This document shows, piece after piece, positions 1-13,353 of a DNA stretch of 64,000 nt. The notes beneath the pieces are model-generated. The model ran no database searches and was not told the DNA's origin. It saw only the letters and a program-made list of their open reading frames with translations. This DNA comes from Chara braunii (Eukaryota; Plantae; Charophyceae): assembly GCA_003427395.1 (NCBI GenBank), contig BFEA01000031.1:4433602-4497601 (forward strand), read 5' to 3'. Positions within the stretch are counted from its first letter, which is position 1. Each line of letters begins with the position of its first letter. Made by a program: the position numbers and the translations under genes.

Positions 1-369
1 TGGTGCGCGCGTGGTGTGTGGAATGCGTCCTAGTCGACCGACGACGGGTCGCGCTTGGGACTTCAGCCCCCCAAGATGTCGGTTCACGTGCAGGTCCGAT
101 AGAGGCATACTACCGCGCGTACCCCCTATGCTACAGCGAACGAGAAATGCCCTCGGCTGGTCCAGCTCTGCGATTGCAACTGATCAACTTTCGTACTGCG
201 GACTCGTAACTCGGCGGGGATACGCCCACCGAAGGGAGGTGACAGCTCTCGTAAGGTGGAGGCAAGTCATGCCTCCCGTAGGCCCTATCCTGTCGTAGGG
301 GCTCGTGAGAGGTATGGCTGGCGCACTCCGTCGGAGCGGCTTGCGAAAGCTCCATATATATCTCACAAC
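1..369 (+). mobile_element. 3' part of a giant LTR (family G1); window starts inside it and it lacks the last ~80 bp of the LTR
   Basis: Closely similar to the reverse complement of 44473-44840 and a diverged homologue of 22225-22530; similarity stops at about 369. Confidence 0.75.
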
Positions 370-1621
370 CGTCTGGCGATCATCAGAACAAGTATCTGCA
401 CAACCTGTCTTCCTCTACAAGAGATTAAGCAATAAACATGCGAACTCGTTCCGCCTCTGCTCTGTAGCTTCTCTCATCTCCCGTGTCGAGTTATCAGTGC
501 GCTAGTACCAGGAACGTTCCCACCTGACCTCCTTTCTTTTTCCCTCCTTAACCGCAACCCTCATCACTTCTGTTGTAATGATGTCAACAAGAGGGGCATT
601 TGTAACTCAGACTTTCCAGGCACGCTTGAGCTTTCGCGTCAGTGAGTGGTGAACCTCTGCCCGGTGATGGACGCCGCGACTGATACCTATTAGATTTGCG
701 CGCACACTTCCTCGTGCTCAAGAGTCCCTTCTCGGCCGTAACCGTCACACACGCTGGCTCACCGCTCCTCCCTTTCTCCTCCGACTACCACCAGTTCCCG
801 CATGCAGAAGTCAAGTTGACATCAACATCACGTGCATGCACATCGTGCTCTTTAGTACCCATGAGCTCCTTTGCGTGAGACCCCCTTTCTCTCTTGCCTG
901 CACAAGGTCTCATTGCATGTCGGCTCTCCGTCACGAATCGGCCTCAGGACCGCTCTCCACTAGCTCCGCTGGCGGGTGGTCCCATCGCCACTGCTCTAGG
1001 CCGTGCCAGAACTGCTTCTGAGCATCGCTCATCCCACACTCCCCGCACGAGTCTCTATCGAGGTGTGTCTGTTCTCTGTCCACCGTGTTTGTTGAGGTAT
1101 CGGCCTCATGATAAGCGACAGTCACCCGCATCTCCGCCGTCACACCGTCTCTCCTGCAACGTTTTTTCCCATGGTCTTTTGCCTCTGTAATTGCCGCCTG
1201 TAGCTTTGAGTTCGCCCTCATGTCCTCTTCTTTTGCTCCCTCTTCATTAATTTTTAACTTCACTTCATTTCCTACGTTGTAGTTCAGCAGGGGCGTGATC
1301 GACGGACCTTCTCCGGACATCGGCCTCCAGTGCGTCTAGAGGTACCAGCAGTCCGGTTTGTAGCCATGCAAAGCCATAGTCGTGCTCAGAATAGGAAGGT
1401 CCTTGATTCCGAGCCCTGTTACCCGGCTCACGCAAGTTTCACACAGGCTCTCACTACTGTCTTCCCAGCCTCAGACTAGTGGCGTTGGCACACTGAAGTA
1501 GCCTGTTAACACCCTCTGATTAGTTGCCAAATAGACAATCTTGCTCTTCCTTTTGTAGGCTTGCCTCATAACGCGACCCCCGTACTTCAGATAGGAAGCC
1601 TTCCTGGTATTCCCACTCATT

Positions 1622-2083
1622 TTGGCATGGAATAAGGAAGACTTGAGCTTTCTTACAGCACGAAAAGAGAACTATGTGCTCTACATACTTCATGTGACTT
1701 GTGATGCAGAGCCCAACATAGATGAAACCATAACAGAGATCCAGAAATGGGTGGGAACGGGCTATCGACTGCGCAAGTGGCCTGAGGTCCAATGGATTAA
1801 GATTCCAAAGATATACCCAAACGGAGAAGAGATATCACTTCTCTTCCTCTTCATTGATGCTCGGCGATCCGAGGGGGGCCCGGAGGTAGCAAACATGCCA
1901 GCAACACGTTGGATACCTTGGCAGAATTTTTCCGCCCTGAATAACCCCATGACCCTCACCACGCAGCTTGGTGGGCTGTGGACAGTAGAGCTCTTGCATG
2001 AGGTAAATCGTTGTATGCAGCCCCAGTTCAAGCTTCTTGAACCTGGTTTCGCGGGACTCATAATGCAAAAATGGGTTGACTGA
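1622..2083 (+). pseudogene. Probable L1 ORF1 C-terminal region
   Basis: 153-aa ORF directly upstream of the endonuclease frame on the same strand; assigned by position only. Confidence 0.45.
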
Positions 2084-2259
2084 TTCCCGCCTCCTCCTAT
2101 GCAATCTCCCTATTAACAATTCTTCTAGCTTCTTTACTTACTTTTTTATTTTCCACTCACTCTTTTTTTTTTCTTTCTTTCTTTTTCACTCCCCCCTCTT
2201 TGCAGTGTTTGCACCCTTTTTTTTCACCGATCTCCCCCTTCCTACCTAGTCCTAGTTGA

Positions 2260-2900
2260 ATGGATAAAATAAAAGTGTTATCTCGGAATATCCGTGGCAT
2301 AGAAACACGACAGGTGGCACACAAACGTTCCCTTATCAAAATAGTGGCTAGGAATAATGGTATTGCAATTGTCTGTTTATAGGAAACTAAATTGAACAGA
2401 CAAGCAATCAATGCACAATTATCTTGGTGGCGTGGTGCACAGTTTTGGGCACCCGCAGTTGGTACAAAAGGTGGGGTAGCAATATTATTTAAACCCAACT
2501 TGCTAATCACCTTTCGTGACTACTTCAGGGATTGTGAAGGAAAATGGATATGGGTCGTTTTTGAAATGGACGGACTGCTGTGGGGGGTATACAGTGTGTA
2601 CGCCCCGGTGGATCGAAAGCACAGATCCACCTTTTTTCACTTCGTACCGGGAATAACCCCCTCTATTGACTGCCTTCTTCTGATCGATGATTGGAATACA
2701 GTTCTTCAGCCCGACATAGACACTACTACAATGCAACAACCTAATTCTACAACATTGCAATTGACTGCGATGGCCTCACATTGAGAATGGACAGATGCAC
2801 TTCATCATCTTAATCCGCATGACCCTATCTTCACATGGATTGGGACTTCCCTGACTGCTTCACAAATTTACCCCATACTAGTCGGTTGGATATCTGTTAT
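2260..2900 (+). pseudogene. L1 ORF2 apurinic-type endonuclease (EEP domain), disrupted
   Basis: MDKIKVLSRNIRG...IVCL*ETK (TAG at 2380 for QETK), GTKGGVAILF, VYSVYAP, LIDDWNTV (GDxN-like), then FTW; contains stops. Confidence 0.85.
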
Positions 2901-4081
2901 CTCACAGTTTCTATGTTGCCACTCCTGTAACAGGTGGAGGTCCTTCCCTCCCCAGGCTAATACCATTTGCCCTTGATGGTAACTCTTAAACGAGGACTCC
3001 ACACCACTAGACACTGTGACCTCGCCCACCTACCTGCTTCGCTAAGTAGAGATCAAAAATTTATAAAAAAGGTGTTGGAAATGTCAAAACAAGACCTTTC
3101 TACTATGCCACCTCACTTCCTGCCCTCTTGTCGACTGGAGGCGGTTTTGGACTCCCATGCTCGACATGGGAGAACCAAAGTTGCCCAGATCAGGCGAGTG
3201 GTCTGAGTGAATCAACGATCTCTTTCCCTCCAAGACACTCTCAATCTCATGGTTGACTCTACCTCCTCTGACTCTTGTAACATGCCCAGTTGGGCGATTT
3301 ACAGAGAAAACCGAGGAGCCGCAATGTGATGAAAATGACTGAATGGACAAGGTTGTGCAAGTACAATCTCAACTAGCAATGTGCATTCTGATACATACAA
3401 AAATTATGCTGAATAGCGTAGGGAAGACTTAGATACAATTCCTGACCTGACCGGGACGGACCTGATTCACATAGTATCCGATAGCGAAGCAGAATGCTGA
3501 CTGCTAACGCCTAACCCAATCATTGTGTGAACGCAGACCAAACATGCATCATATCCATCACCGAGTGTGAAGGAGCCTGACGCTGTACACAGGAAGAGAG
3601 CGCCAGTTCCAGACATACACAGACGAAGAGGAGAGAATCAAACGAAAGGAGGGAGAGCGATGGGAATGTCGTAAATACCAAGAACAATGTTTTTGTTAAA
3701 AGTGAAATTGTTTTCATGTTCACTTTTTTTTCAAGTGTAAAATAACACATATAAGAGAGGAATAAATGAGGAAAATAGCGATGAAATAAGGCGAAATGGT
3801 GAGAACTTAACATTGGCGATTGAGAAATACGTCATTTGCAAAATAAAATTTGGAAATTCCGGAAAGCAATATGTCATTTGCACAATAACATTTGAGAATT
3901 GTGGAAAGCAATATGAACCATAGAAACAATTGTTAACCATCAAGAAAGTGTTCAATGACACACAAAATATTGAGACTATTCTTAACTATGAACAAAGTGT
4001 CGAATGACACATAGCACTTGAAACTGTGACTAACCATCAACAAAGTGTTGAATGATATCAAACTCTGCGTATTTGGAATGT

Positions 4082-4890
4082 TCACTCATGCTCGACCATC
4101 GACAAAATGTCAAATGCTATTCTCTGCCTCATATACGGGATGTTCTCTTGCGAGAAATCGAATGATGGAAAGTGACCTTTCGCTAACAAAGATGCAAAAC
4201 CTAACATGAAAACACCACAACTGCAATCGTCATGTTGGACAGGCAACCAACCAAGTGATGTCTCGAAAGGAGTCGCAAGCTCGTCGACGTGATATCTTTC
4301 ATGAAGATTTTGACGTCTGAATTTCATTCTAAAAAATGCGGTTACTACTTCCAGCGCTGCGAGACGATCGCCGCGAGGGAGAGAGTCTAATAGCTGGAAT
4401 TCACACTTGCAACCGTCCATTCTAACACATGCCAAAGCCCAGTGGTCTCCAAAGTTCAAAGGGATAAGTACACAGTTATAATCGAAAATATTTCTTCCCC
4501 TAACCCACATCATTCCCTCACAGTAAGCAATTTCTTTGGACGTCGCGGATGCTATCCTGACATAGAAAAAAAAATCTAGAATATACACTGATGGAATGTC
4601 CTTCAGACGTTTGTCTTTAATCTGTCCTCTAGACTTCAAATTTTCTCTGGCATTATCATTGTCGATCTGGATTGCCAGCAGATACAAATTCACGGCCTCA
4701 TCATTCAACCATCCTCCTGCTACAATGATGAGCATAATGTCTTTCTTTTCCACCTTCCAGTCACCCTTGTAAACAACAATGTCGTATTCCTCGTTTTCTT
4801 CACCTGTCCTCACAACCCTTTCAACATACTGCATCTCGACCTTAGTGAGGGGTTGCGTTGCTAGAGGAATCTTGAACGACTGGTCAGACA
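4082..4890 (-). CDS. Ulp1/SENP-like SUMO protease (peptidase C48) catalytic domain; terminal exon
   Basis: GWLNDEAVNLYL, IPLNFGDHWAL (His), LLDSL (Asp), VQHDDCSCGVFML (Gln/Cys), FSQENIPYMRQRIA; AG acceptor at 4891-4892 on minus; likely upstream exons 4981-5280 and from 5604. Confidence 0.9.
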
Positions 4891-5603
4891 CTGCATACAA
4901 ACACACAGGTAAACAACAACGGTATGTCTAAGACTTCCATACAAGTAGTGCCTTTCTGAAAATAGATATAAGAANCGNACACGAAGTTCATGACGGTGCT
5001 TGTTTGCCAACTTCGTTGTCGCTGCCGCTTTCCACAACAGACACAGTGCAAACTTCACGGTGCAATTTCTTCCCTTGTTTCGTCCCTATTCCCACAACTT
5101 TAAACATCCTTAGAGCAGTTGGCCTCACAAACGGGATCGTCACATGTTGCGCTCGTCTTTTAATTGTTTTGGGTAACAACGACAGCGTTGACAAGGCTTG
5201 CAAACCACGACGTATAATTTTTTTATCACTGTTCCTTTGGGAGTGCACGCGAGGGGCTTTCCATAGTCCTTTACGCAGACCTGCACGTTCATCAATGTAG
5301 AGAGCACAATCATCACCGATAGTAACGAGTAATATGAGTAAAGATCATTTTGATATCATTACAAATCCGCGCAAACAACATGAATGTAAATGAATGTTAA
5401 TAGAAGTAAAGTATTGTGAGTCAAACTATTAAAAGTCGATCGTGTGCTTCATTTACCGATTCGGACGCACTATAAGGCACACTACATATATGTAAATAAA
5501 CATGGAACAGTTCCAATGCACAGCAGCATGCAAATCCGGAAAATCATCTCTCGTTCTAGATATAATATTACACATATATTAACTTCGTAAGGTAAGTGCT
5601 CAC

Positions 5604-8592
5604 CTCGGCGACTAACTGCGGTGTTTCCTTGAGCACCGTCTTCTTTTGCATCTCCGAACTGTCCTTCAGCACCGTCTTAATATTACACATATACTAACTG
5701 CGATGTTTATCACTTTGACAAATGGGCTGAACTGCTGTACAGGAGTTCGAAGTGTACTTTATCGTCCTTTCTCCACAGGTGTCTATTGCTCTGGAGTAGT
5801 CAGTACAATATGTCCTTCATCCTCTTCGATGTCCGGCACTTGAATTGCTTCTTTTGCCACAAGCCCCTCAAGAGTGTCGTTCTTCCTAGCAGTATCGAAT
5901 ATAATAAGCGAATCATGAGACCCTCCAGTACCAGTATCGAAGTCGCTGCCAGGGATGTCTTCATCAATTGGACTGTTAGGCTCGCCGCCCGGTTCCATCT
6001 CCTTCGCAAGCATAGCTTCCTCCTGTTAGCCTGTTACAGTACCCGCCTCCTGAGACCCTCGTTGTGCCTTCTCCTCTGATATCGGACTTTGAAATTTTGC
6101 AGGAATCTCTAAGTCGCCTCTGAGTGTCTCTTCATCAAGAGGAGTATGAGCCTCAAGTTGCCGTTCCGTTTCCGCGAGATATATGGTTTCATCCAATGAT
6201 GCCCTGAGCCGCCCTTGGCTTCCCAACCCATATGGCAAAATATCCATAGACATCCACATATGGCCTTGTGGGCTACCAATATTGCCCTTCTCGCCAACGG
6301 GGAAGACACTTGCGCCACTGCCATCACACCATTCATTATTTGTCACTGTGACAACTGTGAGTGTTGTGGTGACACTTTGCCCACCTTTACATCCTTCGTC
6401 AACCTGTTCCACTGCAGTAGACAGCTTGACCTGCGGCAAACCACGAATGTCGATGTGCCCTCCTACACAACTGACGCTTCTCTCATGGTGACGATGGGCT
6501 TGCCCTTCCGATGTGCCTGTCGTTGGCTGACTATACCCAGGCGCTTCAGATGTTCCTCCACCCTCACCGCTCCCTCCCTTATCACCTCCCTTATCACATC
6601 CTCCCTCGTCACCTCCACCCTCGTCACCACTTGGGTGTTCACCTCCCTCTCCATTCGCTCCACCGCTAGGGCCTTGTCCCCTTTTCCCACCGGTCTCGTC
6701 GCCCTCATCAATGCGCCAGTTATATCCAAATGCCTGGCTTGTTTGTCTGTCATAAAATTCTTCCAAGTACTCAAGTCTTCGCAATGCCTTGAGCTCGTGA
6801 AAAACCTCGTTCGTCCTTATGTCCACTCTCGATGGAGAAACATTTGGATTGAGTCGAGCAAGCCGCAGCCGGATCTGATTTTCTGCATGTGCATAAAATC
6901 GTGATTGCGCCATACGCCGGTGGGAGCAAAATTGTCACTGCCCATCTTCTTTGATTGCCATCCACGACGCTCTCGATCACTAATTGTATTCTCANTATCN
7001 TTCCCCTCTTGAGAACCTTCCTCTTCCTCTTCCTCTTCCCTCTGTGAACCTTCGCCACTGCTCCCCTCTCCCGGATCACCGAAATACAAAGGCTGCACAG
7101 CACCATACATAGGTTCGGCACACATGCTCGATGTACGCACAATGTCATGTAACACGGACAACGACTCTTTCACTCCAACCGAACGGAATTTCTTCGGAGC
7201 CGGTGGCGGAGCCTGAGCATGAGTCGGGCCCTTGGCAGCGATTTGTCCCGCTCGAGGGACCAGCGGCGTGGATACGAGAGCGTGTTGTCTCTCTTCTCGG
7301 ACGGCGAGCGTGGTCACTGATGGATGTCGAATCGTTGTGGCACCCACAGTCAGACGCGCCGATGACAGAACACTTTTCGGTTCCGTAATAGTGTCTTCTT
7401 TGTGGGCCACCGGACGATGGCCCTCCACCGAATTCGTGTCGAAGAACGCGAGAACTTGGTGGAGGTCAGGTAACCGGAGTCNGCTATCCGGATCAGGATT
7501 NAAAACATCCACAAGTGACTTACCATATCCCTTGTGGTTTCTCCACATGAGAACAACATGGTTCGTCTCTGCAACTCTGTGGCCTTTGCCGTTGAGTTGC
7601 ATTGTTAACTCGAAAGTGGCGAGCTGACCATCCCTCCCTGCCCAAGATTGAATACCACCTATCGGTCTAATATCTTCCCTGAACACCACGTACAACATCA
7701 AACCACTTTCAGCCTGCCCCGCCTCGCCCACCCAGTCCAACATCCAGAATTTATCTTTGTAGTCTATGACGGGAACTTTATCTGCCTGTGCATGCACAGA
7801 CCTCTCCCCCGAACCTGCTTGCCGCAGTGTATCTTGTGTGCGGGTCCGGTGACCACCACCAGACCCTCGATCGCTCGGACCACCACCAGACCCTTGACCA
7901 CGGCCACCAGACCCTTGACCGCTCCCCACAGTCCGGGCATGCTGTTCGTCACCCAGGTCCAATTCATTCGTGGACACATAGACCACAGCGTCAGTTAAGG
8001 TCCCATCCCAGTTCGGGCACACGACGCAAAGGACTCTACAACAAAAGCACTTCCCAAGACGCAGTCTAACGCAACAATACGAAACCGTTCGAGGCAACAA
8101 CCCGGGAGAGCGCAAGGGGTATGCGTCGATGAAATCGGAATGGTTTGCACAGGCGAGCAACTCGTGTTTTAGCGAACGGGGCCATGTGCGCGGTGAAGTA
8201 GTCACGACGTTACAGTCCAAAACATTGTAGCGACGGTTAAACAGCAGCGTGGCACTCAAGTGACGACACTGAACTGAACATAGCACATCAGTGGGCACAT
8301 GAATTAAACTCTCGAACTCGCACATATTCGCGAATTTGTAGTCGTCCGCCCAAGGCCAGTCCTCGACCATTTTCTCCCAAACGTACTCCTGCCACAAGTC
8401 GACGGGAGTGGTGTAGAACGGAACGACCGTCATCCATGGATAACTCTCGAAATCGTTTCTCGTCGCACCGTCAATAACAGTGAACTCTCGACACCCGGAG
8501 ACACGCAGCGAGCATGGGGGGAAAGGGTACGCAATGCGTTCGTGCCAAAGTCCCGGGGTCATCCACTCCGAGATTGCCATCGCGATCGGCAA
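5604..8592 (-). pseudogene. Upstream coding region of the Ulp1-bearing gene (ORFs 6817-8592, 6026-6913, 5783-6013), function unknown, disrupted
   Basis: Long co-oriented ORFs with Gly-rich and acidic low-complexity tracts; minus-strand donor GAG|GTGAGC at about 5603. Confidence 0.55.
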
Positions 8593-8634
8593 ACGCCCTT
8601 GAAAAAATCAGCAAATGCACACACACAGCCCGCA

Positions 8635-9420
8635 TCTATTTGTCGTGTTCAACACAATGAATGATTTCCGGCCCACAGCTCATCGCCGTGTTCAACACGA
8701 TGATGAGCTGCGGGGTGGGAAAGTAAACTACAACTGCCCGACGATTTCAACACGACGATGCCCCGCAGCTAATCTTCGTGTCCAACACGATAATGAACGA
8801 TTTTCGCCCCGCCCCGGAGCTCATTGTCTTGTTCAACACGAAGACAGATCACCTGTTGACAGGTGATCGTCGTGCTGAGCATGACAATGACATGGGCGAC
8901 CCGTAGGGCAAGCGTAGGACTGCCCTACGGGTGATCGTCGTGTTCAACACGACGATCACCCGCAGGGCTGTCCTGCGCTCGCCCTTAATGAACCCCTCCC
9001 CGTCGTTCATCGTCGTGTTCAACACGACAATCACCTCACCTGTTGGCAGGTGATCGTCTTGTCGAACACGACAATGACCTGGGCGAGCGCAGGACTGACC
9101 TATGGGTGATCGTCGTGTCGCAGGGCAGTCCTGCGCTCGCCCTCAATGAACCCCGCCCCGTCATCCATCGTCGTATTCAACACGACGATCACCTGTCGTG
9201 CTTGGCAGGTGATCGTCGTGTTGAACACGACAATGACTTGGGCGAGCGCAGGACTGCCCGACGGGTGATCGTCGTGTTCGACACGACGATCACCCGTAGG
9301 GCAGTCCTGCGCTCGTCCATATGAAACCCGCCCCGCCGTCCATCATCGTGTTTAACACGACGATCACCTGTGGTGCTTCGCATGTGATCGTCGTGTTCAA
9401 CACGACAATGAACGACGAAC
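8635..9420. repeat. Array of palindromic CGTGTT-C-AACACG motifs, some inside ~60-75 bp inverted repeats
   Basis: For example aggactgccctacgggtgatcgtcgtgtt-c-aacacgacgatcacccgcagggctgtcct at about 8916-8974; a second at about 9250-9310. Confidence 0.9.
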
Positions 9421-10559
9421 ACAGCTTGAAAGTGCCACGTGGCGAGCCCTCGTTGAATCTCACGGATCTGGGCAGATCCTCACCGTCCGTACTCTGTCCT
9501 TCGCTTCGTGTTCGTCGGTGCAAAGTCTCGCTCTCGCTCGCTCCTGCTCGCTGGCCCTGCTCCAACGGTCTGCTCTAACGGTAAGGTTTGGTCCTGCTCC
9601 GACGTGTGCTTCGACTGTGCCACCACACCAGCTATTGGAAACAAACACGCACGCATGAGAAACATGCACGACGCCCGCATGCTCGGCGCCCCCGTATGCA
9701 ACCGGGGTGCACACAAGGTCGCGATGTAAGCGCCCTACGCTGAAGGCAAAGTAGCGCCGATATCGCCCTGCGCTGAAAACACCCCTCGTGAAAGTCGGAG
9801 AGGATGAAATGAGAAGTGCGGAAGGGACCCGCAACTCTTTTCATACTCTGCGGCGTGTCCTTCCACGCGCTCCGTCGGCGGTCCGATTGTGTTGAACCGA
9901 CGGTGCTGATGACCCTGCACCAGAAGATCGGTACTGGACCGTTGACCCTCCTCCGGAAAATATCCCCTCCCATGCTACGTGGACCGTTAGATCTGAGCGA
10001 CTGACGGTGTCGATTGAGCGTTCCGGTCGACCAGCGGGAAGCAGGCCAACTGGTTTGGGACCTTCCCCCCACGTCAAAATTGGGCCGCCACGTTCTAGTC
10101 CCCCGACGGGAAGTAGGCCAATTGATGCTGATAGCTTCATTTCCTGAGGGGGGGTACTTCGACTCGTGTTTTTGGAGCACGCGCAGTTTTTATGCGGTGC
10201 GGCGGGCCGAGCTGCCGCAAGCGGGGGAAGCAAAGCTGCGGGGCAAGCAGAGCTGCTACTGCGTGAATCGCCGCTCGAAGCTGCTACTACGCAAATCGGT
10301 GATCTGGTTGACTTGACCGTGGTCCTTTGCCCAGGTAATCATCCCGCCACATCTCTCTCTCTGAAGATTGTGCTGCGAACGGTTGATGTTAATAAAACAA
10401 CGGTCATGATCAGTCTCTCGTGTTGCGTCTTGGTGACGTCAACATTGAGCATGTCCGTGGGTTGAAATGGTCCCTGTATCTCCTTCTGCACACTGTGACC
10501 GTCATGTCCAACACGACAACCAAACCTAATGGAGTGCTTTTTGCTATGCCCTGGTCATC

Positions 10560-10980
10560 TGCTGCGCCCTGGTCATCGGATCCAACACGACAACCAAACC
10601 CCGTGGAGTGCTTTTGTTGTGCCCGGGTCAAGGTAACCAAAGTTGGTTTGTTGTGCCCTGATCATCTGCTGTGCCCTGGTCATCGGATCCAACACGACAA
10701 CCAAACCCCATGGAGTGCTTTTGCTGTGCCCGGGTCAAGGTAACCAAAGCTGGTCATCGGATCCAACACGACAACCAAACCCCGTGGAGTGCTTTTGCTG
10801 TGCCTGGGTCAAGGTAACCAAAGTTGGTCATCGGATCCAACACGACAACCAAACCCCGTGGAGTGCTTTTGCTGTGCCCGTATCAAGGTAACCTACGTTG
10901 GTTATTGGATCCAACACGACAACCAAACTTGATCCAACACAGCAACCACACCGCGTGGAGTGCTTTTGCTGTGCCTTGGT
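10560..10980 (+). repeat. 74-bp tandem repeat (GGTCATCGGATCCAACACGACAACC... unit)
   Basis: Unit starts at 10678, 10752 and 10826. Confidence 0.9.
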
Positions 10981-11269
10981 TATGAATAGCTTTTGCTGCT
11001 TTTGTTGTGTCGTGGTGTCTGTCGTACCCAGGTCATCGGATCCAACACGATACCCACACGTGACGGAAGGTTCTCAACACGCGCGCACGAGGCTTTCCTT
11101 CCTCGTCGTGTTCGACTCGATCGCACCGTTTCGGTCGTCCGGACAACCGATGTCTATCCTGTGATACTGTGTCTGCCGTATCCTGGTCATCGGATCCAAC
11201 ACGATAACCACACCTGACGGAAGGTTCTCAACACGCACACACAAGGCTTTCCTTCCTCGTCGTGTTGGA

Positions 11270-11949
11270 NTACATCGCGCCGTTTCGGCCGTCTGNACAA
11301 CTNATGTGTGTCNTGTGATGGTGACTGTCCTGTGCTCTTTCTACTGACCTCTATAATAGTGCNTTTGGTGGTCCCNGACTCTNGACTGCCGACTGTTTGG
11401 CACAAACTGATGGTTCTCAAACAGAACATCTATGAAAGCGTGGGTAGTCTCATGTGTTGTCTTGCAAAGAGTCACAAGGCGCCTGTTTCGACCGTCTGGA
11501 CAACTGATGTCTATCCTGTGATAATGCCTTTCCTGTGCTCTTTCTACTGTCCTCTATGACAGTGCATTTGGTGGTCCGGACTTTGGACTGCCGACTGTTT
11601 GGCACAAACTGATGGTTCTCAAACCAAACAACTACGCAAGCGTGGGTAGTCTCATGTGTTGTCTTGCAAGGCATCGCAAGGCGCCTGTTTCGGCCGTCCG
11701 GACAACTGATGTCTATCCTGTGATACTGCCTTTCCTGTGCTCTTTGTATTGTCCTCTATGATAGTGCATTTGTGGGTCCAGACTTTGGGCTGCCGACTGT
11801 TTGGAAAAAACAGATGGTTCTCAAACCGAACATCTACGAAAGCGTGGGTAGTCTCATGTGCTGTCTTGCAAGGCATCACAAGGCGCCTGTCTCGTCTGCC
11901 TCGACAACTGATGTCTACCCTGTGACACTGCCTTTCCTGTGCTATTTCT
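11270..11949 (+). repeat. ~202-bp tandem repeat (contains CTGCCGACTGTTTGG), about 3 units
   Basis: Motif at 11386, 11588 and 11790; same motif family at 54138-55100. Confidence 0.85.
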
Positions 11950-13319
11950 AACGGAAGCGTGGTCAACCCAATCACACCCCTAAGCAGACGGTTATCACAG
12001 ATCCTTCCCCAGTCCCCGCTCGGATAAGTACGCACCCGCATACATCAATATGCATGCAATCAACAACAATCAACAGGACATCCAATCATCCATGGACTTT
12101 CACACCACACATGCATATGACAAGGTCCCGCCACTCGGGGCCTCACACACACCATGCGTGGACAAAGCAGGAATGGAGATAAAAGCGAGTCCTCCTTGTA
12201 CCAAAAAAGTCTTCACAAAGTTGGCCCAACTAGGCGCAGCCCCAATCCATCAAGACCACCGACAACCATAGCCACAAGACCCTGACGCTGTCGGCGTCTG
12301 ATCTCCACCACCGCTCTGTCCCTTCGACTGTTACACCCCGAGTCTACCGCTAAGCCCGACCCGCGTCGTCACTCCGCCCGTCACATGGGCTCGTCAAGCC
12401 TGTTCGGCGTCGCAGACCTCGCGCATAGCTCGCGCAGCATTGCAGCCGAGATCAAAGAGGAGGGGACGAGTGGGTTGCGAGAATTTATAGCGCGGGAGGC
12501 AGCGGGAAGCATGGGGTTGTAGATGAAGAGGACAAAGGAAGGGCTGGGGTTCGAGAAGGGTCGATGCCGAGAAGTCGTCTGATCCTGCGTGATTGGGGTG
12601 ATCGTTCAAGTGGTGCGTGCATTTTCGCGCCTTCCACATTGATCCGAGCATCCCAACTACTCAGCCAATCGTTCTCGGCCAAAGGCGAGGCGGGATCAAG
12701 CGTGCATAAAGGAAGACGAAGAGTCCTTGCACAAAGAAAGCGCGCGCAGCAAGAAAGGAAGATGGCGCGGGGATGCGAAGCAAGAGAAAGAGTTTGCGTG
12801 GCGCGCGAAAATTCGAAAAAGCAGCTGCGCATGCAAAAATCCGAAATTCCTCATTTCCTTCCCCACTAAGTCCTAACCGTTTCTTGAAATTCGACGCGCC
12901 CTCTATTCGGCCGCGTGAAACTTATTCCCAAAAACCAGTTCAAAGAAAAAGAAAGGTCGTTTCAAGAAAAGCAAAATACAAAAACGAAAGCAAAAAAACC
13001 CCGTCATTCGTATTCGCACTTTGGGGCTTTCAGAGGGTTTATCCTCAAGGGTACGGAAAGCCGCAAAGGACGGGTCTGGGCTCATCACATCTGTGACGCG
13101 CAGGGGGTTCTGAAAAATTAACAATCTCCTGATTGCTGATCAGATGTCCAGATTTGATTGATGATCGGCCGGCCTTTTCATCGTCAGTTGGCCCAATCAT
13201 CTCCTAGTCTACTTGGATGCATTTTGCATCCTCTGTCGCCTCCCCTCGTATGATACATCGATCGGGCGGCCCCTTCATCGTCAGCTGGCCCGATCGGTGA
13301 GTGACTTATTGCTGAAACA
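11950..13319 (-). repeat. Probable 3' LTR of the gypsy element
   Basis: Starts TGTTTCA on minus a few nt after an A/G tract; left boundary taken from where the 202-bp array stops; no clear terminal CA. Confidence 0.5.
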
Positions 13320-13322
13320 TTG

Positions 13323-13353
13323 TCCTTTTTTTTTTTTTTTTTTTTTTTTCTTC
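13323..13353 (-). other. Polypurine tract (PPT) candidate
   Basis: GAAG(A)nGGA on minus just before TG at 13319. Confidence 0.5.

Larger units (their letters stand above)
1380..3275 (+). mobile_element. Decayed L1-clade non-LTR retrotransposon fragment (ORF1 C-terminus, spacer, start of ORF2)
   Basis: ORF 1622-2083, then a pyrimidine-rich spacer, then an APE endonuclease reading frame from ATG 2260. Boundaries approximate. Confidence 0.7.
3700..11949 (-). mobile_element. Probable DNA-transposon-derived unit (CACTA/MULE-like, superfamily unresolved) with Ulp1 gene and subterminal repeat arrays
   Basis: Ulp1 gene followed by arrays of palindromic motifs that recur at 54138-55100; no transposase or TIR identified. 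Confidence 0.45.

Noticed and set aside
369-1320. Minus-strand coding remnant (ORF 931-1320)
   Set aside because: No recognisable domain and many stops; cannot be assigned.
3276-3680. Possible LTR fragment starting TGTAACA
   Set aside because: No matching end, TSD, PBS or PPT is visible.
8635-11949. CRISPR-like repeat/spacer arrays
   Set aside because: The intervening sequences are themselves repeated rather than unique spacers, there are no cas genes, and the context is eukaryotic TE DNA.
13160-13300. Hammerhead ribozyme (CTGACGA followed by GAA on minus)
   Set aside because: No stem II between CUGANGA and GAAA, and no stem III with a cleavage triplet.
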